Shown here: positions 62,261 to 64,000 of the stretch, in pieces
Layout: each line of letters opens with the position of its first letter
Position numbering within the stretch: the first letter of the stretch is position 1
From: Ginglymostoma cirratum
Taxonomy: Eukaryota
DNA: 64,000 bases
Assembly (NCBI GenBank): GCA_024137785.1
Contig: JAHRHZ010000274.1
Coordinates: 15,098,387 to 15,162,386 of the forward strand
Direction: 5' to 3'
The notes under the pieces: model-generated
The model's input: the letters and a program-made list of their open reading frames with translations, nothing else
What the model was told of the DNA's origin: nothing
The model's database searches: none
Position numbers and translations under genes: made by a program

Positions 62261-64000
62261 TCTTTTTCTCTCGTTTCTTTCCTGTGGGCATCAGCTCTCA
62301 GCATTTTGAAACGTCAGTGCATGGTGCTCCTTAAATGTACAGATTTATTCTGGACAAAAAAAAAATGTTTTTCAAATATTCAGCTTGTTGAAATCATGAC
62401 ATGTGATTACTAATTTAATATAGGAAGCACAAGACAGGGAGCTCCTGATAGCTCCTGTGCCATCTGTACTGCCTGGCGTGGCACTGACTCAAATCAAGAA
62501 AGGTGGTCCCAGTTGCTGATCTCAGTCACTGTGCCTATAGTTATTTCAAGCAGCTTGAGCACCTCTGCAGCTGGCTGGAGAGAAAAACAACAGGGAGAGT
62601 TCTTACCCCTGATCATATTACCTGCCCTCGTGCAAAATGCACGTGTGTCTGACTGGAGCAAGTGTGTTCTAGTTTGGCTGTAATATGCCCTTACGTTTGA
62701 ACTACCTGTCACCACTCACTACTTTGGCTCATGCACATAAACAGCTCCCACCCACATTGAGGGCGAGATACTCGTGGGTTGCTGAGTCAGCACCTTCACA
62801 ATAGGCGGTGACAAAAATTAGTAAACCTCATGCTTGCAACTGGTAAATTCAGTTTGCTGTGCTGGTTTGCAGGTGCTATGCAAACATAGATTAAACTAGT
62901 CCAGACAGGGGTTTGTTTCTGAATGAACAGAAACAAACATAAGTCATGTTACTTTCTTGTTTGGGCAAAAATACATCACAGTCTTGTGAAGGTTGACACG
63001 GTGCAGCCTGCTGCAGGTGCCGAAAGCTTCAGCCTAATTCAACAGCGTCTTTGAAAAAAAATGGAACCGAAAGCAGAGAATGAATTATTTAAAAACATGC
63101 TTTGCTTAGGTTGCATGTGGCGCTGTCACTTGTGCATTTTACTAAATGTCCCTTCTGAATTAAACAAGGTTCGCTGCTGTGACGGATAGAGGTGAAGCAC
63201 TGTGAGAAACATGATTATTGCTTTCTTGTGCAAGATGCATGCTCAGAATATAGCATGTAACATTGTGTGTATCAAAGTCTTCTTTATGCAAGATGCGATT
63301 GGTGAAATCAGCTTCTAATTTATTATGTTGTGACGCACAGTACCAGATGGCGCATGTGGCAAACAAGATTAGGGGTGATTGTGGTACTGAGTCTGTACTC
63401 GATCTGCCTCCAGTGTTTCCTTGCTTTAAAGATAGACTATTAGCTGAATGAAGTTGAATTTCTTCTATATATGGAGATACATTGATGTATGGAAAGTCAT
63501 CGTTGCTGTTAATCTGGTTACATTGCAATTCATTTTTCAACTAACCAAGCCAAACTTGCACGCAGGAGGCTGAGACCAGCAGAACCAGAATTAACTTTCA
63601 CTTTTTCTCACATCTTATGACACTAATCCTACTCAGAGCTCTATTGGAAAATTTGAAGACAGAAATCCCAAGCTTGAAATTCAACACAACTTCTGTTATG
63701 TTACCTTTACGAAACTAAAATAAATTAAAGTAGGCAGATTTAACTGCTTGGCCATCAAAGGCATTCTTAAGCCATAAGGAACCAGCCAAATCCTCAGTTC
63801 CAACCTCAATCAGTAAAATCTCAGCCAGAGCAGCACTTGAGGTGCTGCAACTGACTGCACAATTCTCAGGCAGAGAGTCAGCCAAGGCTTTTATTCCTAA
63901 TTGCTATCCAGCCGTTTGTTGGTGAATGTCAATGAACCGAACTGGTTTATAGCAGAGCTAGAGTTATCCAAAACTCATTCCACTGTCACCTTCTTAATGT

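Noticed and set aside
62911-62938. 11-bp hairpin gtttgtttctg-aatgaa-cagaaacaaac
   Set aside because: Low-complexity arms, too short for a pre-miRNA and not repeated elsewhere in the window.

Overview
Repeat-rich, non-coding vertebrate DNA, almost certainly from a shark or other elasmobranch. This is inferred from HE1-type V-SINEs, Deu-domain SINEs, CR1 LINEs and Penelope-like elements (PLEs). No host protein-coding exon could be supported; every recognisable ORF is a decayed retroelement fragment. The window holds about 10 CR1 fragments, L2 remnants, a decayed APE-RT LINE, several SINE families, one or two solo LTRs, possible Gypsy and Harbinger relics, microsatellites, four assembly gaps and some unique stretches resembling conserved enhancers. 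The most interesting signal is a set of about 13 PLE-derived insertions: one RT+GIY-YIG copy with a ~330-bp inverted terminus, one RT-only copy, and many short or fold-back (hairpin) copies with 6-16 bp target-site duplications (TSDs). Most carry a minimal hammerhead-ribozyme-like motif (CTGAnGA-A-stemII-GAAACGTH). The 5' ends or hairpin apices of most short copies cluster at this motif. Coordinates and repeat-family names were assigned by eye, without database searches.
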